Shown: piece after piece, positions 39,999 through 51,352 of the stretch
Numbering within the stretch: the first letter of the stretch is position 1
How the letters are laid out: each line of letters starts with the position of its first letter
DNA from: Thermodesulfobacteriota bacterium
GTDB taxonomy: Bacteria > Desulfobacterota_D > UBA1144 > Nemesobacterales > JAJCZQ01
DNA: 64,000 nt
Reading direction: 5' to 3'
NCBI GenBank assembly: GCA_965215275.1
Contig: OZ244044.1
Location: 1-64,000 of the forward strand
The notes under the pieces: generated by a model
What the model was told of the DNA's origin: nothing
Database searches by the model: none
The model's input: only the letters and a program-made list of their open reading frames with translations
Program-made: the position numbers and the translations under genes

Positions 39999-40637
39999 AT
40001 GATACAGGGTCTGATCGGAAAAAAAATCGGCATGACGCAGCTCTTTGACCAGGAGTCGCTCATGGTGGTCGTGACCCTGGTAGAGGCCGGTCCCTGTTAC
40101 GTTGTATCCAGAAAGACGGTTCAGAGCGACGGTTATGAAGCTCTTCAGCTGGGCTTTGGTAAGGGAAAACCCCAGAGGTTCAGCAAACCCATGTCGGGGC
40201 ATTTCAAGAAGTCGAAAGTCCCACCGCTGAAAGTCCTCAAAGAGTTCAAAGCTGAAAACGTCGAGGACTACCAGCCTGGTCAGGAAATTAAAGCGGATAT
40301 TTTCAGTTCAGGGGATATCCTGGATATTACGGGCGTGAGCAAAGGCAAGGGTTTTTCCGGCACGATGAAGAGGTACGGCTTCAGAGGGGGACCCAGTTCT
40401 CATGGAGGTATGGCTCACAGAAGACCCGGTTCCATAGGTCAGGCCTCTTATCCCGGAAGGGTCTTTAAAGGAATAAAAATGGCAGGAAGGATGGGTGGAA
40501 GGAACACAACGGTCCGGGGCGTCAGAGTGGTCAGCGTGGACCCTGATAAGAACCTGATCGCCGTCAGGGGCTCACTTCCAGGTCCTGATGGCGGGACTTT
40601 ATTATTAAAACTGGTCTCAAGGAACGGAGATAAGTAA
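39999..40637 (+). CDS. rplC: 50S ribosomal protein L3
   Basis: GKKIGMTQ, SKGKGF; synteny. Confidence 0.98.
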   Translation: MIQGLIGKKIGMTQLFDQESLMVVVTLVEAGPCYVVSRKTVQSDGYEALQLGFGKGKPQRFSKPMSGHFKKSKVPPLKVLKEFKAENVEDYQPGQEIKADIFSSGDILDITGVSKGKGFSGTMKRYGFRGGPSSHGGMAHRRPGSIGQASYPGRVFKGIKMAGRMGGRNTTVRGVRVVSVDPDKNLIAVRGSLPGPDGGTLLLKLVSRNGDK

Positions 40638-41261
40638 TTGCCGCAGATCGATGTTTATGACCTGAAGAAGAACAAGACGGGAGAGGCCACTCTCAGTCCG
40701 GAAATATTTGAATTTCCGGTAAAGGAACCTTTATTACACCTGGTTACGAGATGGCAGCTTGCTTCCAGACGTGCAGGTTCTGCTTCCACGAAGACCAAAG
40801 GGGAAGTAAGGGGAGGGGGCAGGAAGCCATGGAGACAGAAAGGTTCAGGAAGGGCAAGGAGCGGTTCCAGCAGGTCGCCCCTGTGGAGGGGAGGCGGGGT
40901 TACTTTTGGTCCAAAGCCAAAGGACTGGTCTTTCTCTCTGCCCAAGAAGGTCAGAAAGCAGGCGATCAGATCGGCACTGTCGCATAAGTATAAAGAGAAC
41001 ATGATCTACGTTCTGGAGGATTTTAAGCTTCCGAAGATCAAAACCAGGCAGGTAGTGGACTTTATGAAAAAATTCGATATTACCGAATGTCTTATACTGG
41101 ATAATGACGGGAATGAAAACCTGATAAGGTCGGCAAACAATCTGAAGAACGTAAAAGTCTCGAAAGGTAACGCGCTGAACGTCTACGACATGTTAAGGTT
41201 CAGGTATCTTGTTATGACGAAAGATCTGCTGGACAGAGTCCAGAAGGTGTTTAAAAATTGA
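40638..41261 (+). CDS. rplD: 50S ribosomal protein L4
   Basis: KPWRQKGSGRAR. Confidence 0.98.
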   Translation: MPQIDVYDLKKNKTGEATLSPEIFEFPVKEPLLHLVTRWQLASRRAGSASTKTKGEVRGGGRKPWRQKGSGRARSGSSRSPLWRGGGVTFGPKPKDWSFSLPKKVRKQAIRSALSHKYKENMIYVLEDFKLPKIKTRQVVDFMKKFDITECLILDNDGNENLIRSANNLKNVKVSKGNALNVYDMLRFRYLVMTKDLLDRVQKVFKN

Positions 41262-41545
41262 AAGATCACAGAAATGTAATAAAATCACCTCTGATTACCG
41301 AGAAGACGACCGATCTTAAAGAGAAGGACTGGTACGTTTTTTCCGTTGACAGAACGACCACGAAGAACGAGATCAGGGACTCCGTGGAGAAGATCTTCAA
41401 GGTGAAGGTGGAAAAGGTCAGGACCCTTACCGTGGCGGGCAAGGTCGTAAAGAAGTTCGGGAGAACTATCGGCCGGCGCTCAGCGGTGAAAAAGGCCTAC
41501 GTTAAACTGAAGGAAGGGAGCATAGAGCTGTTTGAAGGTGTTTAA
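41258..41545 (+). CDS. rplW: 50S ribosomal protein L23
   Basis: PLITEK, KKAYV; synteny. Confidence 0.96.
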   Translation: MKDHRNVIKSPLITEKTTDLKEKDWYVFSVDRTTTKNEIRDSVEKIFKVKVEKVRTLTVAGKVVKKFGRTIGRRSAVKKAYVKLKEGSIELFEGV

Positions 41546-41548
41546 ACG

Positions 41549-42391
41549 ATGGGAATAAGGAAGTACAAGCCGAAAAGTGCCGGGACCAGGTTCAGATCAG
41601 GTCAGGATTTTGCAGAACTGACAAGGGACCGTTCAGAGAAGTCGCTTACCATCTCGCTTAACAGGAGGTCCGGAAGAAATAATAATGGACGGATCACGAG
41701 TCGTGGCAGGGGAGGTGGTCATAAAAGGCTGTACAGGATAATTGATTTTAAAAGGGATAAGCACGGCGTGCCCGCAAAGGTGTTTTCGGTGGAGTACGAC
41801 CCTTACAGGTCCGCCCGGATAGCACTGCTTCATTATGATGACGGCGAGAAAAGATACATACTGGCCTCGGAAGGCATGAAGGTCGGAGATATGGTCTCTT
41901 CGGGGGTGGATTCTGAAATCCAGGCGGGGAATTCGCTTCCGATAGAAAAGATCCCCGTTGGTACCGTGGTTCACTGTATTGAACTGAGACCGGGTGGTGG
42001 TGCAAAGCTTGAAAGGTCCGCAGGTGCCTCGGCACAGATAAACGCGAAGGAAGGAAGCTATGCCAACGTCAGGTTAAGTTCTGGCGAGATCAGATTGATA
42101 CACGTTAAATGCAGTGCTACCATAGGACGGGTGGGAAACTCGGAACATCAGCTCGTAACGCTGGGTAAGGCTGGAAGGAGCAGACACAGCGGCAGAAGAC
42201 CGCACGTCAGAGGAGTGGCCATGAACCCCGTGGACCATCCCCATGGCGGTGGCGAAGGCAAGGCGACGAAAGGCAATCCACACCCCGTGTCTCCCTGGGG
42301 CTGGATAACCATAGGTTACAAGACGAGAAAGAACAAAAAAACGGATAAATACGTGGTCAGGCGGAAAAGAGTAGGCTACGGAATGGATTAA
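41549..42391 (+). CDS. rplB: 50S ribosomal protein L2
   Basis: [18 protein letters not shown]. Confidence 0.99.
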   Translation: MGIRKYKPKSAGTRFRSGQDFAELTRDRSEKSLTISLNRRSGRNNNGRITSRGRGGGHKRLYRIIDFKRDKHGVPAKVFSVEYDPYRSARIALLHYDDGEKRYILASEGMKVGDMVSSGVDSEIQAGNSLPIEKIPVGTVVHCIELRPGGGAKLERSAGASAQINAKEGSYANVRLSSGEIRLIHVKCSATIGRVGNSEHQLVTLGKAGRSRHSGRRPHVRGVAMNPVDHPHGGGEGKATKGNPHPVSPWGWITIGYKTRKNKKTDKYVVRRKRVGYGMD

Positions 42392-42405
42392 GGAGTAGAT
42401 GAATA

Positions 42406-42699
42406 ATGCCCAGATCGAGTAAAAAAGGTATTTACGTTGCTTCCAAGCTGATGAAAAAGGTTCAGATGCAGAAGGATTCCGGCAGCTTGCAGATCATAAA
42501 GACCTGGTCAAGGGGTTCTATGATCGTTCCTGAGATGATCGATCTTACGTTCGGGGTCTATAACGGAAGAAAGTTCATCCCGGTTTACGTAACCGAGCAT
42601 ATGATAGGGCACAAACTGGGAGAGTTCTCTCCCACCAGGACCTACCACGGGCATACCGCCGGGGATAAGAAGGCCAAGAGGTTAAAGGGCAGTAAATAG
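42406..42699 (+). CDS. rpsS: 30S ribosomal protein S19
   Basis: [11 protein letters not shown]. Confidence 0.98.
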   Translation: MPRSSKKGIYVASKLMKKVQMQKDSGSLQIIKTWSRGSMIVPEMIDLTFGVYNGRKFIPVYVTEHMIGHKLGEFSPTRTYHGHTAGDKKAKRLKGSK

Positions 42700-42718
42700 A
42701 TCCGGAGTGATATTAACT

Positions 42719-43057
42719 ATGGTTTCAAGGGCAGTTTTAAAATATATAAAGGTATCTCCGAAAAAGATGGGTATAGTACTTGACGTTATAAGGAACAGGA
42801 ACGTTGAGGATGCGTTCAGTCTGCTTTCCGGATTGAAGAAAAAATCTTCTCCCATCGTTGTGAAAGCATTGCAGTCGGCCGTGGCAAATGCTTCCGAGAA
42901 GGGTTATTCGGAGACGGAATACCTGTACGTCAAGACCGCCGTCGCGTCCGCGGGTCCGACGTTAAAAAGGTATAAGTCCAGGGCAATGGGCAGGGCAACG
43001 CCGAGAAAAAGAAGAACGAGTCACATAGTGATCGAACTAGAAGGAAGAGGGCTGTAA
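42719..43057 (+). CDS. rplV: 50S ribosomal protein L22
   Basis: SAVANA, RAMGRA, TSHI. Confidence 0.96.
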   Translation: MVSRAVLKYIKVSPKKMGIVLDVIRNRNVEDAFSLLSGLKKKSSPIVVKALQSAVANASEKGYSETEYLYVKTAVASAGPTLKRYKSRAMGRATPRKRRTSHIVIELEGRGL

Positions 43058-43059
43058 AA

Positions 43060-43704
43060 TTGGGTCAGAAAATTAATCCGGTTGGTTTCAGATTAGGTAT
43101 TACCACGAGCTGGAACTCAAAGTGGTACGCGGAGAAGAACAAATACACATATCTGCTGCAGGAAGATATGCAGATCAGGTCCCTGATCAAGAAGAAGTTC
43201 TATCAGGCGGGGATCTCAAGGATCGAGATCGAGAGAGTTGCCACTGAACGCGTGAGGATAGTTATATATTCTGTACGTCCGGGCATACTTATCGGACGGA
43301 AGGGACAGGAGATAGAGGCGCTCAGAAAGCAGCTGAACGGCGTTACAAACAAAGAGGTTTACCTTGATATCAGAGAGGTAAGAAGACCTGAAGTAGACGC
43401 TCAGCTGGTAGCTGAGAACTGTGCGCTTCAGCTTGAACGTCGCGTGGCTTACAGAAGGGCCATGAAGCGCTGTATCTCTTCGGCGCTCCGCATAGGTGCC
43501 ATCGGGATCAAGATCATGGTTTCCGGAAGGCTCGGCGGTGCTGAGATAGCCAGAAAGGAGTGGTACAGAGAGGGGAGAGTGCCCCTTGCGACGCTGAGGG
43601 CCGATATTGACTATGGTTTTGCTGAAGCCAGTACGACCTATGGGATAATCGGAGTTAAAGCGTGGATATTCAAGGGTGAGGTACTGGAGAAAAAATCAAA
43701 ATAA
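43060..43704 (+). CDS. rpsC: 30S ribosomal protein S3
   Basis: [22 protein letters not shown]. Confidence 0.98.
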   Translation: MGQKINPVGFRLGITTSWNSKWYAEKNKYTYLLQEDMQIRSLIKKKFYQAGISRIEIERVATERVRIVIYSVRPGILIGRKGQEIEALRKQLNGVTNKEVYLDIREVRRPEVDAQLVAENCALQLERRVAYRRAMKRCISSALRIGAIGIKIMVSGRLGGAEIARKEWYREGRVPLATLRADIDYGFAEASTTYGIIGVKAWIFKGEVLEKKSK

Positions 43705-43724
43705 GGTAGTTAATAAAAAGAGCA

Positions 43725-44150
43725 ATGCTGCAGCCAAAGAAGACAAAGTACAGGAAAGTACAGAAGGGGAGGATAAGGGGCAAACCCTCCAAGGGTATGA
43801 AAATATCCTTCGGGGAACTTGCCCTTCAGACACTTGAGAACGGGAGAATAACCTCTCAGCAGATCGAAGCAGCACGTATTGCTATTACCAGAAAGGTCAA
43901 AAGAGGTGCAAGGTTATGGATCAGGATATTCCCGGACAAGCCGGTTACCAAGAAGCCCGCGGAAACCAGAATGGGTAAAGGTAAAGGGGACGTTGATGCC
44001 TGGGTAGCTCCGGTAAGAAAAGGTCAGCTGTTATACGAGATCAGTGGAATTTCCGAGCAGCTCGCACGTGAGGCGTTCAGACTTGCATCGCATAAGCTGC
44101 CCGTGAAGACAAGGGTCGTGTCCAGAGATTACAGTGGAGGTCTGTTCTGA
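43725..44150 (+). CDS. rplP: 50S ribosomal protein L16
   Basis: [18 protein letters not shown]. Confidence 0.98.
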   Translation: MLQPKKTKYRKVQKGRIRGKPSKGMKISFGELALQTLENGRITSQQIEAARIAITRKVKRGARLWIRIFPDKPVTKKPAETRMGKGKGDVDAWVAPVRKGQLLYEISGISEQLAREAFRLASHKLPVKTRVVSRDYSGGLF

Positions 44151-44356
44151 TGGTGACGGCCAGTGAGTTAAGGAGTTTAACAGGTGACGAGTTCGCCAAG
44201 AAGGAAAAAGATATAAGAGAGCAGCTGTTCAGCATCAGGATCCAGGTCTCTACAAAACAGGTGAACAGTTACTCGGAGATAAAGAAATTGAAAAAAGACA
44301 TAGCTCGTATCGAAACGGTTAAAAGAGAAAAGAGCACCGGTTCAGGAGACGTTTAA
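44150..44356 (+). CDS. rpmC: 50S ribosomal protein L29
   Basis: ELR, KKDIARIET; synteny. Confidence 0.93.
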   Translation: MVTASELRSLTGDEFAKKEKDIREQLFSIRIQVSTKQVNSYSEIKKLKKDIARIETVKREKSTGSGDV

Positions 44357-44601
44357 TGTCCAGAGGAAGACTGAAAACATTGACCGGGCTGGTAGTGGGG
44401 AACAGTATGGATAAAACGGTGGTGGTTTCTATAAACAGGATCAGAAACCATCCTCACTACAAGAAGCCCATAAGGTGGCAGTCCAGGCTCAAGGCCCACG
44501 ATGGCCTTAATAAGTGTCAGATAGGGGATAAAGTGGTTATTGCGGAATCAAGACCTATAAGTAAAACGAAGAGATGGCGAGTGAAAGAGATAATCAAGTG
44601 A
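44356..44601 (+). CDS. rpsQ: 30S ribosomal protein S17
   Basis: [18 protein letters not shown]. Confidence 0.97.
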   Translation: MSRGRLKTLTGLVVGNSMDKTVVVSINRIRNHPHYKKPIRWQSRLKAHDGLNKCQIGDKVVIAESRPISKTKRWRVKEIIK

Positions 44602-44644
44602 GATACGCAGCGGTTTACCTGAGGCTGTCAGGCAGGAGTTACAG

Positions 44645-45013
44645 ATGATCCAGTCAAGTACTTATCTGGAGTCTGCGGATAATACGGGTGCAAAGAGGCT
44701 TTTCTGTATAAAGGTCCTGGGTGGTTCCGGGCGTAAATACGCGCGTCTGGGGGATATCATAACCGTCTCGGTAAAGGAGTCCATACCGAACGCCAGGGTC
44801 GAGAAAGGTGGAGTACACAGAGCGGTGATCGTAAGGACGAAAAAAGAACAGAGGAGACCGGACGGCACGTACGTGAGCTTTGATGACAATGCGGCGGTGA
44901 TAATAAGTAAAGATAATGAACCGGTCGGCACGAGGGTCTTTGGACCCATAGCAAGGGAGTTAAGGGTGAAGGGTTTTATGAAGATAATCTCACTGGCTCC
45001 GGAGGTCGTATGA
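44645..45013 (+). CDS. rplN: 50S ribosomal protein L14
   Basis: ADNTGAK, FDDNAAV, SLAPEV. Confidence 0.98.
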   Translation: MIQSSTYLESADNTGAKRLFCIKVLGGSGRKYARLGDIITVSVKESIPNARVEKGGVHRAVIVRTKKEQRRPDGTYVSFDDNAAVIISKDNEPVGTRVFGPIARELRVKGFMKIISLAPEVV

Positions 45014-45032
45014 TCCGTATCTGGAGGAACAG

Positions 45033-45350
45033 TTGAAGAAGATCAGTATCAGGTCAGGTGACGTGGTGTACGTTACGACCGGTAAGGATAAGGGCAAGAC
45101 GGGCAAGGTGCTCAGGGTCCTGTCCGATAAAGGCAAGGTGGTGGTGGAGAAGGTGAACGTCGTTAAAAGGCACAGCAAACCCACGCAGAAGAATCCCACC
45201 GGGGGGATACACGACAAGGAACTGCCGGTAGATATATCGAACGTGATGCTGTACGATACCAGTACCAGTTCTCCGACCAGGGTGAGATTCGAGGCCGGAA
45301 AAGACGGTAAGAAGGTCAGGGTCAGTCAGAAAAGCGGAGAGACGATATAA
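45033..45350 (+). CDS. rplX: 50S ribosomal protein L24
   Basis: [11 protein letters not shown] motif. Confidence 0.97.
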   Translation: MKKISIRSGDVVYVTTGKDKGKTGKVLRVLSDKGKVVVEKVNVVKRHSKPTQKNPTGGIHDKELPVDISNVMLYDTSTSSPTRVRFEAGKDGKKVRVSQKSGETI

Positions 45351-45904
45351 TGGAGCCAAGACTTAAAACGGTTTACAGAGAGGAGGTACTGCCTGAACTG
45401 ATAAAGAGGTTCTCGTATAAGAACGTTATGCAGGTGCCCAGGATCTCCAGCGTGGTCCTCAACATGGGCCTTGGTCGTCTGTCCGAAGCGGGAAGGAACA
45501 CAAAGATAGTGGAGGAAGCAGCTGATGAACTGATGCAGATAGCGGGACAGAAGACGGTCACGACAAAGGCAAAAAAATCGATAGCGGGATTTAAGCTCAG
45601 AGAGAATGTGAAAATAGGGTGCAAGGTGACGTTACGAGGTAACAGGATGTATGAGTTCCTTGACAGGTTTATCAACCTTTCCCTTCCGAGGGTAAGGGAC
45701 TTCAGGGGAGTTAACCCCGTGTCCTTCGATGGGAACGGGAACTATACCCTTGGCGTCAGGGAGCATATAATATTCCCTGAGATCGATTACAGCAGGGTGC
45801 AGACCGTTAAAGGGCTGAACGTAAGTATAGTAACCACTTCTGAAACGGACGCCGAGGCACTTGAGCTGCTGAGATTACTGGGAATGCCGTTCTCAAAAAA
45901 TTAA
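45350..45904 (+). CDS. rplE: 50S ribosomal protein L5
   Basis: [16 protein letters not shown]. Confidence 0.98.
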   Translation: MEPRLKTVYREEVLPELIKRFSYKNVMQVPRISSVVLNMGLGRLSEAGRNTKIVEEAADELMQIAGQKTVTTKAKKSIAGFKLRENVKIGCKVTLRGNRMYEFLDRFINLSLPRVRDFRGVNPVSFDGNGNYTLGVREHIIFPEIDYSRVQTVKGLNVSIVTTSETDAEALELLRLLGMPFSKN

Positions 45905-45914
45905 GAGGAAGATC

Positions 45915-46100
45915 ATGACAAGAAAAGCATTACTGGAAAAAGCAAAGAAAGAACCGAAGTTCGCGGTCAGGAAGGTCAGCCGGTGCGGTGCGTGCGGAAG
46001 AACGAGGGGTTTTATGAGAAAATTCGGAATATGCAGATTATGTTTTAGAAAAATGGCCAGTGCGGGGCTGATCCCCGGCGTACGAAAGGCAAGTTTGTAG
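45915..46100 (+). CDS. rpsN: 30S ribosomal protein S14, zinc-binding short form
   Basis: 61 aa, CGAC...CRLC. Confidence 0.96.
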   Translation: MTRKALLEKAKKEPKFAVRKVSRCGACGRTRGFMRKFGICRLCFRKMASAGLIPGVRKASL

Positions 46101-46109
46101 GAGGTATCC

Positions 46110-46505
46110 ATGACCGATCCAATTGCAGATATGTTGTCCAGGATAAGGAACGCGATCATTGCAGGGCACGACAGGGTGAAGATCCCTCATTCCGTGGTCA
46201 AGTCCCATATAGTCAGAGTGTTGAAAGAGGAAGGTTATATCGATAAGGTGGAAGTCTCCAAAGAAGACAGCGTAAAGAAGTTCCTGATACTTAAACTGAA
46301 ATATACGGAGAAAGGGGAATCTGCAATAAATGAAATAAAAAGGGTAAGTAAGCTCAGCAGAAGGGTATACGCTGGCAGACATGATATACCCAGGGTCAAG
46401 GCCGGGATGGGAATATCCATTCTTTCCACTTCAAAGGGGATCGTTACGGGAGTGGCCGCAAGAAAACAGGGAATTGGTGGAGAGGTTATCTGTACCGTCA
46501 GTTAA
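46110..46505 (+). CDS. rpsH: 30S ribosomal protein S8
   Basis: MTDPIADMLSRIRN. Confidence 0.98.
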   Translation: MTDPIADMLSRIRNAIIAGHDRVKIPHSVVKSHIVRVLKEEGYIDKVEVSKEDSVKKFLILKLKYTEKGESAINEIKRVSKLSRRVYAGRHDIPRVKAGMGISILSTSKGIVTGVAARKQGIGGEVICTVS

Positions 46506-46520
46506 AAAAAGGTAGATCAA

Positions 46521-47069
46521 ATGTCCCGGATCGGAAGAAGAGCCGTTAAATTATCAGATAAGGTGAGCGTAGAGACAAAAGGCAGGGTCGTTTATGTAAA
46601 GGGTCCCAGGGGAGAACTGGAAGTAAGCCTGCCAGGCGGGATAGAGGTTAACGTTGAGCAAGGCAGCGTAAAAGTGACCAGACGCGGTGACGATAAGCAG
46701 AGCCGTACCGATCATGGACTGGCCAGGTCGCTGCTTCAGAACTCGGTTACGGGTGTATCCGAAGGTTTTTCCAAGACCCTGGAGATAGTGGGTACCGGTT
46801 ACAAGGCGGAAACGGCCGGCAGCGGGGGTTTGAAGCTCAGCCTTGGTTACTCGCACGTGATAGATTTTACCCTGCCGGAGGGAATTAAGGCAAAGGCAGA
46901 AGAAAGGGGTACAGTTTTAACTCTGGAAGGAATAGACAAGCAACTGGTCGGTGAGACCGCTGCAAAGATCAGGCAGCTGCGAAAGCCCGATGCCTACAAG
47001 GGAAAAGGGGTAAGGTACAGAGGGGAATACATGAAACTGAAGGTCGGTAAGGCTGGAGCTACAAAATGA
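46521..47069 (+). CDS. rplF: 50S ribosomal protein L6
   Basis: MSRIG, PDAYKGKGVRY. Confidence 0.98.
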   Translation: MSRIGRRAVKLSDKVSVETKGRVVYVKGPRGELEVSLPGGIEVNVEQGSVKVTRRGDDKQSRTDHGLARSLLQNSVTGVSEGFSKTLEIVGTGYKAETAGSGGLKLSLGYSHVIDFTLPEGIKAKAEERGTVLTLEGIDKQLVGETAAKIRQLRKPDAYKGKGVRYRGEYMKLKVGKAGATK

Positions 47070-47449
47070 GCAATAAGCTTTCAAGAAAGGCAAGAAAGGA
47101 CGTCCGGCATAAAAGGATAAGAAAAAAACTCTCCGGTACCGCCGATGTACCGAGGATCTCCGTGTACAGATCAAAAAAGAACATCTCCGCGCAGGTCGTG
47201 GACGACGTCAGTCAGAGTACGCTCCTTCATGTCTCCTCTCTATCACCTTATTTTTCTGATAAGGTAAAAGAGGCGGACGGGAACGTGTCAAGGAAAGTGG
47301 CAATATCAAAACTGGTCGGTAAGCATCTGGCGCAGCTTGCAAAGGGCAAAGGTATTGAGCAGGCCCGTTTTGACAGAGGGGGCTATTCTTATCACGGCAG
47401 GGTGAAGGCACTTGCCGATGGACTTAGAGAAGGCGGGATCAAGATCTAA
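47066..47449 (+). CDS. rplR: 50S ribosomal protein L18
   Basis: FDRGGYSYHGRV. Confidence 0.97.
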   Translation: MSNKLSRKARKDVRHKRIRKKLSGTADVPRISVYRSKKNISAQVVDDVSQSTLLHVSSLSPYFSDKVKEADGNVSRKVAISKLVGKHLAQLAKGKGIEQARFDRGGYSYHGRVKALADGLREGGIKI

Positions 47450-47467
47450 AACTTTAGGAGGAGAGCG

Positions 47468-47995
47468 TTGCAGAGAAAATACGTGGAACCGGAAGGTCTG
47501 GAACTGGAAGAAAAGGTGGTGCACATAAGAAGGGTCGCAAAGGTCACAAAGGGTGGCAAGAGGTTCCATTTCACCGCACTGGCCGTTGTTGGTAACAGGG
47601 ACGGCGTGGTTGGTTCCGGTCTGGGTAAATCCAACGAGGTACCTGATGCTATAAGAAAGGCCGTTGAGAAGGCAAAGAAAACCCTCATAGAGATACCCAG
47701 AGATGGGTCGACCATACCACATGAAATAATCGCCAAACATATTTCGACCACGGTGAAATTAATGCCGGCTGCACCTGGTACGGGAGTAATTGCCGGTGGT
47801 GCCGTCAGGGCAGTGGTATCACTTGCGGGAATGTACGATATTTTATCAAAGGTACTCGGGTCAAGAAATCCTATGAACGTGGTCCTGGCGGTTATGAAGG
47901 GACTGTCCGAGCTGCAGGTTCCTTCACAGATCGCTTCGGTCAGGAACAAGGAATTAAGTGAACTTGATATGATCAAAGGTTATTCAGCAGGTTAA
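47468..47995 (+). CDS. rpsE: 30S ribosomal protein S5
   Basis: RVAKVTKGG, PGTGVIAGG. Confidence 0.98.
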   Translation: MQRKYVEPEGLELEEKVVHIRRVAKVTKGGKRFHFTALAVVGNRDGVVGSGLGKSNEVPDAIRKAVEKAKKTLIEIPRDGSTIPHEIIAKHISTTVKLMPAAPGTGVIAGGAVRAVVSLAGMYDILSKVLGSRNPMNVVLAVMKGLSELQVPSQIASVRNKELSELDMIKGYSAG

Positions 47996-48007
47996 CAGAG
48001 GTTTTTT

Positions 48008-48439
48008 ATGCTTGAAAGATTATCTCCGTCAAAAGGTTCAAAGAAGTCTTCTAAAAGGGTCGGAAGGGGTTTTGGCTCAAAGGGAAGGCAGAGCGGTAAA
48101 GGGCACAAGGGTCAGTCGTCAAGGTCCGGAAGGAGCGTCTCACGCTGGTTCGAGGGTGGACAGACCCCGTTAAAGCTCAGGGTTCCGAAAAGGGGATTTA
48201 AGAACAGGTTCAAAAGATCCTTTGATGTTGTGAACGTGATGGACCTGTCGGTTTTTGAAGAAGATCAGAAAGTATCGATCGAATCCCTGGTTAACAAGGG
48301 TCTGGTAAGCGGTAAGAAGGAAGTGAAACTGCTGGGAGATGGTCAGCTGGATAAAAAACTTACCGTGCAGGTAAACGCGGCAAGTAAACCGGCAAAAGAG
48401 AAAATAGAAAAGTGCGGTGGTAGTATAGAGATCATATGA
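48008..48439 (+). CDS. rplO: 50S ribosomal protein L15
   Basis: GRG, GHKGQ, FEGGQTPL. Confidence 0.97.
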   Translation: MLERLSPSKGSKKSSKRVGRGFGSKGRQSGKGHKGQSSRSGRSVSRWFEGGQTPLKLRVPKRGFKNRFKRSFDVVNVMDLSVFEEDQKVSIESLVNKGLVSGKKEVKLLGDGQLDKKLTVQVNAASKPAKEKIEKCGGSIEII

Positions 48440-49767
48440 GTAGTAACGTTTCCTCCCTTCCAAGAATACCGGAGCTGAACAAGCGTCTGCTGTTTACGGC
48501 CTTTATGCTCATTATATACAGACTGGGCGTTTTTATCCCGATACCGGGGATAGACCCTGATCAGATAGCCCGTCTGTTCGAGCAGACCCAGGGAACTATA
48601 TTTGATATACTGAACATGTTTTCCGGCGGCGCCCTGGAGCAGGCTTCGATATTTGCACTTGGAGTTATGCCTTATATTACCTCGTCCATTATCATGTCCT
48701 TACTCGTTAAAGCGTTCCCGTCCCTGGAGGCGATGCAGAAGGAAGGAGAGGCCGGCAGGAGAAAGATAAATCAGTATTCAAGGTACGGGACTATCCTTAT
48801 CTGTATAGTTCAGGGATTTATGCTCGCTCTGACCCTGGAGGGGGGCAGCTTCGGTGCCGTGGGGATCGGTTCCTCTGCGGCAACGGACCCAGGATGGGGG
48901 TTCAAGATAGTGACCGTGTTAACGCTCACTGCCGGATCGATGTTCGTGATGTGGCTGGGTGAGCAGATATCCGAGCACGGGATAGGTAACGGTATATCCC
49001 TGATAATAGCCGTTTCGATACTTGCGGGGCTCCCGGGTGCGTTCTGGAACATGGTCAGGCTTGTAACGACCGAGGAACTGACCGTGTTGGGAGTACTGCT
49101 GATCTTGCTTTTCCTCGGCGTTCTGGTAGCAATGATAGTTTTTGTCGAAAGATCTTACAGGAAGATCCCCGTACAGTACCCGAGGAGGGTCGTGGGAAGA
49201 AAGGTTTATGGAGGACAGACGTCTCACCTGCCCCTCAAGACCAACCCCGCGGGGGTAATACCTCCGATCTTTGCCTCGTCACTTCTGATATTCCCGGCTA
49301 CCGTACTGACCTTTATTGACGTTCCGTTCCTGAGGAGCGCGTCCGAGGTCATGTTTCAGAACGCCTTGTTCTATAACGCTATATTTGCAGGTCTTATAAT
49401 ATTCTTCTGCTATTTTTATACTGCAATAATTTACGACCCGGACGACCTGGCGGATAACCTGAGAAAAAATGGCGGGAATATTCCCGGTATAAGACCGGGT
49501 AAGAGAACTTCTGAATACATCGGGAACGTGCTTAATCAGATAACCTTCATAGGTGCGATCTACCTTGCTGCCGTGTGCGTTCTGCCTGCGTTCCTGGAAA
49601 GAGAGCCCTTTAATCTGCCGTTTTATTTTGGAGGCGTGTCCCTTTTGATAGTGATAGGTGTTACGCTGGACTTTCTGCAGCAGATAGAGTCCTTTCTCAT
49701 TACTCACAGTTATGAAGGTTTTGTAAAAAAGAAAGGGATGAAAGGTCCAAGGAGATTCGGGAGCTAG
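48436..49767 (+). CDS. secY: Preprotein translocase SecY
   Basis: SIFALGVMPYITSSI, GIGNGISL, IPGIRPG. Confidence 0.99.
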   Translation: MSSNVSSLPRIPELNKRLLFTAFMLIIYRLGVFIPIPGIDPDQIARLFEQTQGTIFDILNMFSGGALEQASIFALGVMPYITSSIIMSLLVKAFPSLEAMQKEGEAGRRKINQYSRYGTILICIVQGFMLALTLEGGSFGAVGIGSSAATDPGWGFKIVTVLTLTAGSMFVMWLGEQISEHGIGNGISLIIAVSILAGLPGAFWNMVRLVTTEELTVLGVLLILLFLGVLVAMIVFVERSYRKIPVQYPRRVVGRKVYGGQTSHLPLKTNPAGVIPPIFASSLLIFPATVLTFIDVPFLRSASEVMFQNALFYNAIFAGLIIFFCYFYTAIIYDPDDLADNLRKNGGNIPGIRPGKRTSEYIGNVLNQITFIGAIYLAAVCVLPAFLEREPFNLPFYFGGVSLLIVIGVTLDFLQQIESFLITHSYEGFVKKKGMKGPRRFGS

Positions 49768-49774
49768 GAGAGTT

Positions 49775-50344
49775 ATGCGGATAATAATATTCGGACCACC
49801 TGGAGCAGGTAAGGGAACACAGGCAGCCCATATAAACGAGAGGTTTAAAGTTCCTCACATATCCACCGGGGACCTGCTGAGGGAAGCCGTGAAAAATGAA
49901 ACAAAGACGGGTCTGCTTGCCAGCTCCTATATGAACAGCGGAGCCCTTGTGCCTGACACCGTGATGATCGAGATGATCAGGGAGAGACTGACCAGGTCGG
50001 AGAACGACGTCTTTATGCTCGACGGGTTCCCAAGAACGGTCGCACAGGCCGAGGCACTTGATGAAACGCTTGAAGAGGCAGATCTGAAGTTGGATATGGT
50101 TATATTCCTTGACGTGAATGATGACGAGGTCGTTTCAAGGATACTGAACAGACAGGAGATCGAGGGAAGACAGGACGATTCCAGGGACGTGGTAAGAGAA
50201 AGACTGAACGTGTACAGAGAAAAGACGTCACCTCTTGTAAACTACTATGGATCAAAGGGTATTTTAAGGAAAGTAGACGGGATCGGCAGCGTTGATGAAA
50301 TATCACGGAGAATAGACCGGTTATTATTATCACTTGAACAATGA
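49775..50344 (+). CDS. adk: Adenylate kinase (short LID)
   Basis: GPPGAGKGT, LDGFPRT. Confidence 0.97.
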   Translation: MRIIIFGPPGAGKGTQAAHINERFKVPHISTGDLLREAVKNETKTGLLASSYMNSGALVPDTVMIEMIRERLTRSENDVFMLDGFPRTVAQAEALDETLEEADLKLDMVIFLDVNDDEVVSRILNRQEIEGRQDDSRDVVRERLNVYREKTSPLVNYYGSKGILRKVDGIGSVDEISRRIDRLLLSLEQ

Positions 50345-51096
50345 TCCATTTAAAGACGAAAGAAGAGCTGAAAAAAATGAGGCTGGCCGCCAGTGCCGTA
50401 AAAGAGGTACTGCTGAGCCTGAAGGAGAACGTAAAAGAGGGCGTGTCAACCTGGCAGCTTAACAGGATAGCCGAGGATATTGTGGACAGAAGGTCTTATA
50501 AGGCAGCGTTCAAAGGTTATTCCAACTATCCGGCCTCTGTGTGTTTTGCTTTAAATGAAGAGGTGGTGCATGGAATACCGTCAAAGGACAAGGTCTTGAA
50601 GGAAGGTGACGTTCTGGGAATAGATTTTGGTGCCTGCGTGGACGGGTATTACGGGGATTCCGCCATAACCGTTCCCGTGGGAAGGGTCTCGGAACTGACA
50701 AGGAAATTGCTGGAGGTTACTGAAACTTCATTGTTATTAGGTATTGACAATGCAAAACCAGAGAACATAATGAAAAGTATTTCCAAGTCGATACAGGACC
50801 ACGTGGAAAGTCAGGGGTTTTCAGTTGTAAAATCGTTTGTGGGTCACGGGATCGGGAAAAGCCTGCACGAAGAACCGCAGGTACCCAATTACGTTGAAAG
50901 TTCCCAGAGCGGGATCAGGCTTAAGAACGGTATGGTCCTGGCGATCGAACCTATGGTCAACGCCGGGACGGACGAGATAAAGATCTTAAATGACGGCTGG
51001 ACTGCTGTTACGGCAGATGGTAAACTTTCAGCTCACTTTGAGCATACCGTGGCAATAACTGATAACGGTGCAGAGGTATTGACCAAATTAAATTAA
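50341..51096 (+). CDS. map: Methionine aminopeptidase
   Basis: VHGIP, GHGIG..LHEEP, SAHFEHT. Confidence 0.98.
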   Translation: MIHLKTKEELKKMRLAASAVKEVLLSLKENVKEGVSTWQLNRIAEDIVDRRSYKAAFKGYSNYPASVCFALNEEVVHGIPSKDKVLKEGDVLGIDFGACVDGYYGDSAITVPVGRVSELTRKLLEVTETSLLLGIDNAKPENIMKSISKSIQDHVESQGFSVVKSFVGHGIGKSLHEEPQVPNYVESSQSGIRLKNGMVLAIEPMVNAGTDEIKILNDGWTAVTADGKLSAHFEHTVAITDNGAEVLTKLN

Positions 51097-51110
51097 TGTA
51101 TGGGACCTGA

Positions 51111-51332
51111 ATGGCAAAGGAACAGAGATTAGAATTCGAGGGAACGATCGTAGAGTCGTTACCAAATGCTATGTTCAGGGTTGAGATAGAGGGTAAACAT
51201 CAGATCCTGGCTTACGTATCGGGAAAGATGAGAACGAGGTTCATAAGGATACTTCCAGGGGACAGGGTTAAACTTGAACTGTCGCCGTACGATCTGACAA
51301 AGGGCAGGATCACCTACAGGCTGAAAAAATAG
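51111..51332 (+). CDS. infA: Translation initiation factor IF-1
   Basis: [16 protein letters not shown]. Confidence 0.98.
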   Translation: MAKEQRLEFEGTIVESLPNAMFRVEIEGKHQILAYVSGKMRTRFIRILPGDRVKLELSPYDLTKGRITYRLKK

Positions 51333-51352
51333 TGCAGGTGCGGGAATAAATC

